A stretch of 64,000 nucleotides of DNA from Cyanophora paradoxa CCMP329 (lineage: Eukaryota; Plantae; Glaucophyta): NCBI GenBank assembly GCA_004431415.1, contig QPMI01000434.1, forward strand, positions 62,001 through 126,000, given 5' to 3'. The position numbers and the translations under genes are program-made. The notes beneath the pieces were generated by a model. It had not been told where the DNA came from. It saw only the letters and a list, made by a program, of their open reading frames with translations, and made no database searches. Positions 61,182-64,000 of the stretch are shown piece by piece. How positions within the stretch are numbered: the first letter of the stretch is position 1; each line of letters begins with the position of its first letter.

Positions 61182-63144
61182 GATGAGACGGTTCCGCAAG
61201 TATTTCAGCTCGAAATTGACGGAAACATTCGGAAGACAAGCGTTGTGCAGGGTGCGCCGCCTGCGGCCTGCCCGCGACGCCAAGGCGTAGGGACGGCTTA
61301 GATAGTGCCCTCTACCGTAGCTATAGAGTCTGATATGCGGGATCTAGCCGCGCCAGCGCTAGCTCCGGCCCCCCGGTCCTCACGGCGCGCCGCGCGACGC
61401 AGGGCGGGCGGTGCGGATCGGGGAGAATTTTGTCTTCCCTCTCGGCCCGAGCCTGGCGAACGAGGCCAAGATACGGGCGCTGGACGCGAGGACGCAGAAG
61501 CTGATCGCCGGATTCCAGGTGCGGGGCAGGAGGCCCGGCCCCCGGGCCAGCTGCAGCGCGCGCCTGGAGCCCGGACTGACCCGGGCGCAGCTTGAATTCA
61601 AGGAGTTCTGGCGGTCGGGGAGCAGGCAGAAGGACGTGTGGGTGCCGCTCAGCAAGCAGGGGGCCCAGCTGCGCGTCCGCGTCGCCATCGACGACGGCTG
61701 CGGTGCGCCCCGGGCCGGCGCCGGCCCCGCCCCCGCCCGGCCGTGACGGTGTCGCACCTCAGCGATGCCGGCCGGCGCCGGGCCGGCGTTCACAGCCTCC
61801 GCGCGGGGATCGGCCGCGCCGGCGCCCTCGGCCGCCCCGGGGCCCTCCCCCCCACCCCCAAGTCCCGGTGCCGGCCCCCGCCCCGCGGCTCCTCGCCCCC
61901 GGCCCGCCCGACCGACCGGTACCCCTTCAGGTCCCGCGCCTCTTCCCGCGAGCGCTCCTCCAGGAGGGACCCTTCCCCGCGCGGCGTGCCCCCCTCTCCG
62001 GGCCCCGCCCCGGCCCCGCCCTCGGTGAGCGCGGCCCCGGCCCGGCCGCCCCTGCGCTGAGCGGGGCGCAGGCGCGGGCGGTGGACCTCGCGCAGATCTA
62101 CGCGGCCCTTGGGGAGGCGAGGGGCCTCCACACGCCCCGGTCCGCCCCGCTTGAGTTTGTTACTTTACTTGGTCACCGGAGCGGGAACTGCGGGCGCAGG
62201 ACGCCGCTGTCGGCGCGGGGCGAGGTGGAGGCGGTCGCGCGGGATCTGCCCCTCTCCGCGCGCTCCTCCGCGGCGCAGACGCCCCGCGCCGGCACCGGCT
62301 ACGCCCCCGTCCGCGCCCCCTCCAGCGCCGAGAAGGCCGGCACGCCCCGCTCCGCCCGCGTGCGCCCCGCCCGCCCCCCATCCCCGCCCCTCTGCCCCCC
62401 TCCTCCTCATTCGCCGAACAGCTGAACTCGGCGCGGGCTGGTGGCCTCGCCTTCAAGCCGATCGCCCCGGCCAGCGCCGGCGAGGCGGCGGGCGGCCGGC
62501 CGCCCCCGGTGGCAGTGGAGATGTACTCGCGCTCGAAGTGCCGCCCCTCGCCGCCTGGAGCTCGACCCCGCCCTCGCCCCGCCCCCGCCCTCACGCCCGC
62601 CAGGTACACGGGCGAGGACGACTCGCCCGGGAGCCTCGAGGGGGTGCGCTTCGCCGACGAGAACGCCCCGGACCCCAACCCCCCCAAGGGCGCGCCACAG
62701 TACCCCCCGGCCCCTGCTTTTTCGGCCTCGGGCGAGGCCGGGCGGTCGGGGCGCAGTGCCTGGGGCGCAGCGGGAGGCGCGAGCGGGGAAGCGGGCGCTG
62801 CCGGCCGGCGCCGTCTCCACGATGCTCGACCTGGCGCCCTCGCCGGTCAACGTGGTCGTCGCCATGGGCACCCGCCCCGCCGCTACCGCCAAGCCTCCCG
62901 CCCCGCCCCCCGAGAGGTGCCCCACGCCCCCCCTCAAGCTCCCGCCCCTGCGCCCGGGCCCGGCGCGGAGCGGTTTTGACGGCGGGGGCGCAGCTCGGAC
63001 CTGTGCGGCGACTTCGTGTCGCAGTGCTGCTGCTTCTTCGCCCTGCCGAGCTTCCGCCCCGCCGCCCGCACCGTCTCCGCCATGAAGGGCGGCCGCGCCG
63101 CCTGGGGCACTAGTGCTGGTGGTGCCGCCGCTGCAAGGCGCTGA
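61182..63144 (+). CDS. Hypothetical protein with C2-domain-like N-terminus and low-complexity tail; both ends uncertain
   Basis: FQLEIDGNIRKTSVVQG...IGENFVFPL...KIRALD...KLIAGFQ|LEFKEFW...DVWVPLSKQGAQLRVRV matches the C2 strand pattern. Confidence 0.45.
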
Positions 63145-63505
63145 GCGGCGCGTGTGCAGAACTCTTCGCTGTGTTTTCGTCTATTTTACTTGCAGGTTCT
63201 GTTCTGCTACTAATTAACAGCTAGCGAACATCACGGTCACGATCAAATGCACTCTGTACACGACTACAACGAAAGCTATCTTGTAGAGTGGAATGCGAAC
63301 TCAAAGTTGCGAAAGTCTAGCAGATCTACAGGTCCAAAAAGAACTGCACAAAAAGTACATGGCGAACGACGTGCACGGCGAGGCGACTGCGACCGTTGCC
63401 GAGTTGACGTCGGCGCCGGGGGCCGCTAGGCCGAGCGCGCGCGAAGCGAGCAAGAGGGCTGGCCTCGGCCTAGGCCTCGAGGAAAAAGCAGCTAGGGCAA
63501 GCCCC

Positions 63506-63811
63506 TCAGGAGGCGCTCGAGCCGTCGTGCTCAGAGTCCTCTTCCTCGTTGCAGCTGCTAGGGCTAGTCCAGATGTCGTTGGTCGTGTCTGAAATTGCAG
63601 GCGGACGAAGTCGGACAGGGCACTTTGCGGACTGAATCAGCCACTTATGAATCCATTCCAGCTTCTCCTCGCCGAACGCGCGAACTGCAGCGTTCCGTCA
63701 GCGATCAGAAGCAAACGAGCGATCATTTCTGCAACGCACCCTGCACTTCGAGCTTACGGATAGAGGCTCGGGTCGCTCTGGGCTTGAACTTCAGCGATCG
63801 AACACCCCACG
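63506..63811 (-). pseudogene. 3' exons of a low-GC gene or pseudogene with a degenerate RING-H2 remnant (5' part unresolved or outside the window)
   Basis: Exons 63811-63740 and 63684-63506 (GT-AG) give ...RATRASIRKLEVQVRAFGEEKLEWIHKWLIQSAKCPVRLRPPAISDTTNDIWTSP...*. Confidence 0.4.
63560..63595. repeat. 36-nt dispersed repeat; reverse complement of 26452-26487
   Basis: Exact match by inspection. Confidence 0.9.
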
Positions 63812-64000
63812 CTGCAGAAAGGCGATTGGTGGTCACAGCGCCATCAAGTCACCGACGATGAAGGGGGGCTCATCGAGGGTCAAAGGAATCGTTAGAGCAA
63901 CATTAAGCGAGCTGAGGGGTGGCCGATGACGGGCTAGGAGGGCGGGCGCGATGCAAGCGACCCATTCGTCCGCGCAACAGCACAAACAGCTATACGGATC

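Overview
Eukaryotic nuclear DNA, very GC-rich and gene-dense: about 21 complete spliced genes plus one partial gene, each broken by many short (mostly 50-120 nt) introns, so the supplied ORF track is largely uninformative. The genes were reconstructed by hand-splicing. Best taxonomic inference is a flagellated primary-plastid alga, most likely a glaucophyte such as Cyanophora. The basis is an MAAFV-type plastid transit peptide with no ER signal in front, plus a tektin-like gene. Recognisable genes: RGLG-type copine, SCYL3-like pseudokinase, methionyl-tRNA synthetase, ABCG half-transporter, YbaK, TypA/BipA, PKA regulatory subunit, GT8 glycosyltransferase, membralin, OSCA/TMEM63, GPR107/108-like, importin-11, RAD54, SANBR/DUF3342, a half-length tektin and a large type-I surface protein. 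Most notable: (1) an unusual splicing grammar, with about a third of donors being GC, near-invariant C at +4, G-rich 3' ends complementary to C-rich 5' ends, and 7-15 nt microexons; (2) a stand-alone CcmI/CycH C-terminal-like domain with plastid and thylakoid-lumen targeting; (3) shared palindromic motifs in the spacers between convergent genes. No rRNA, tRNA, CRISPR or intact transposon was seen. CDS coordinates are gene spans including introns.
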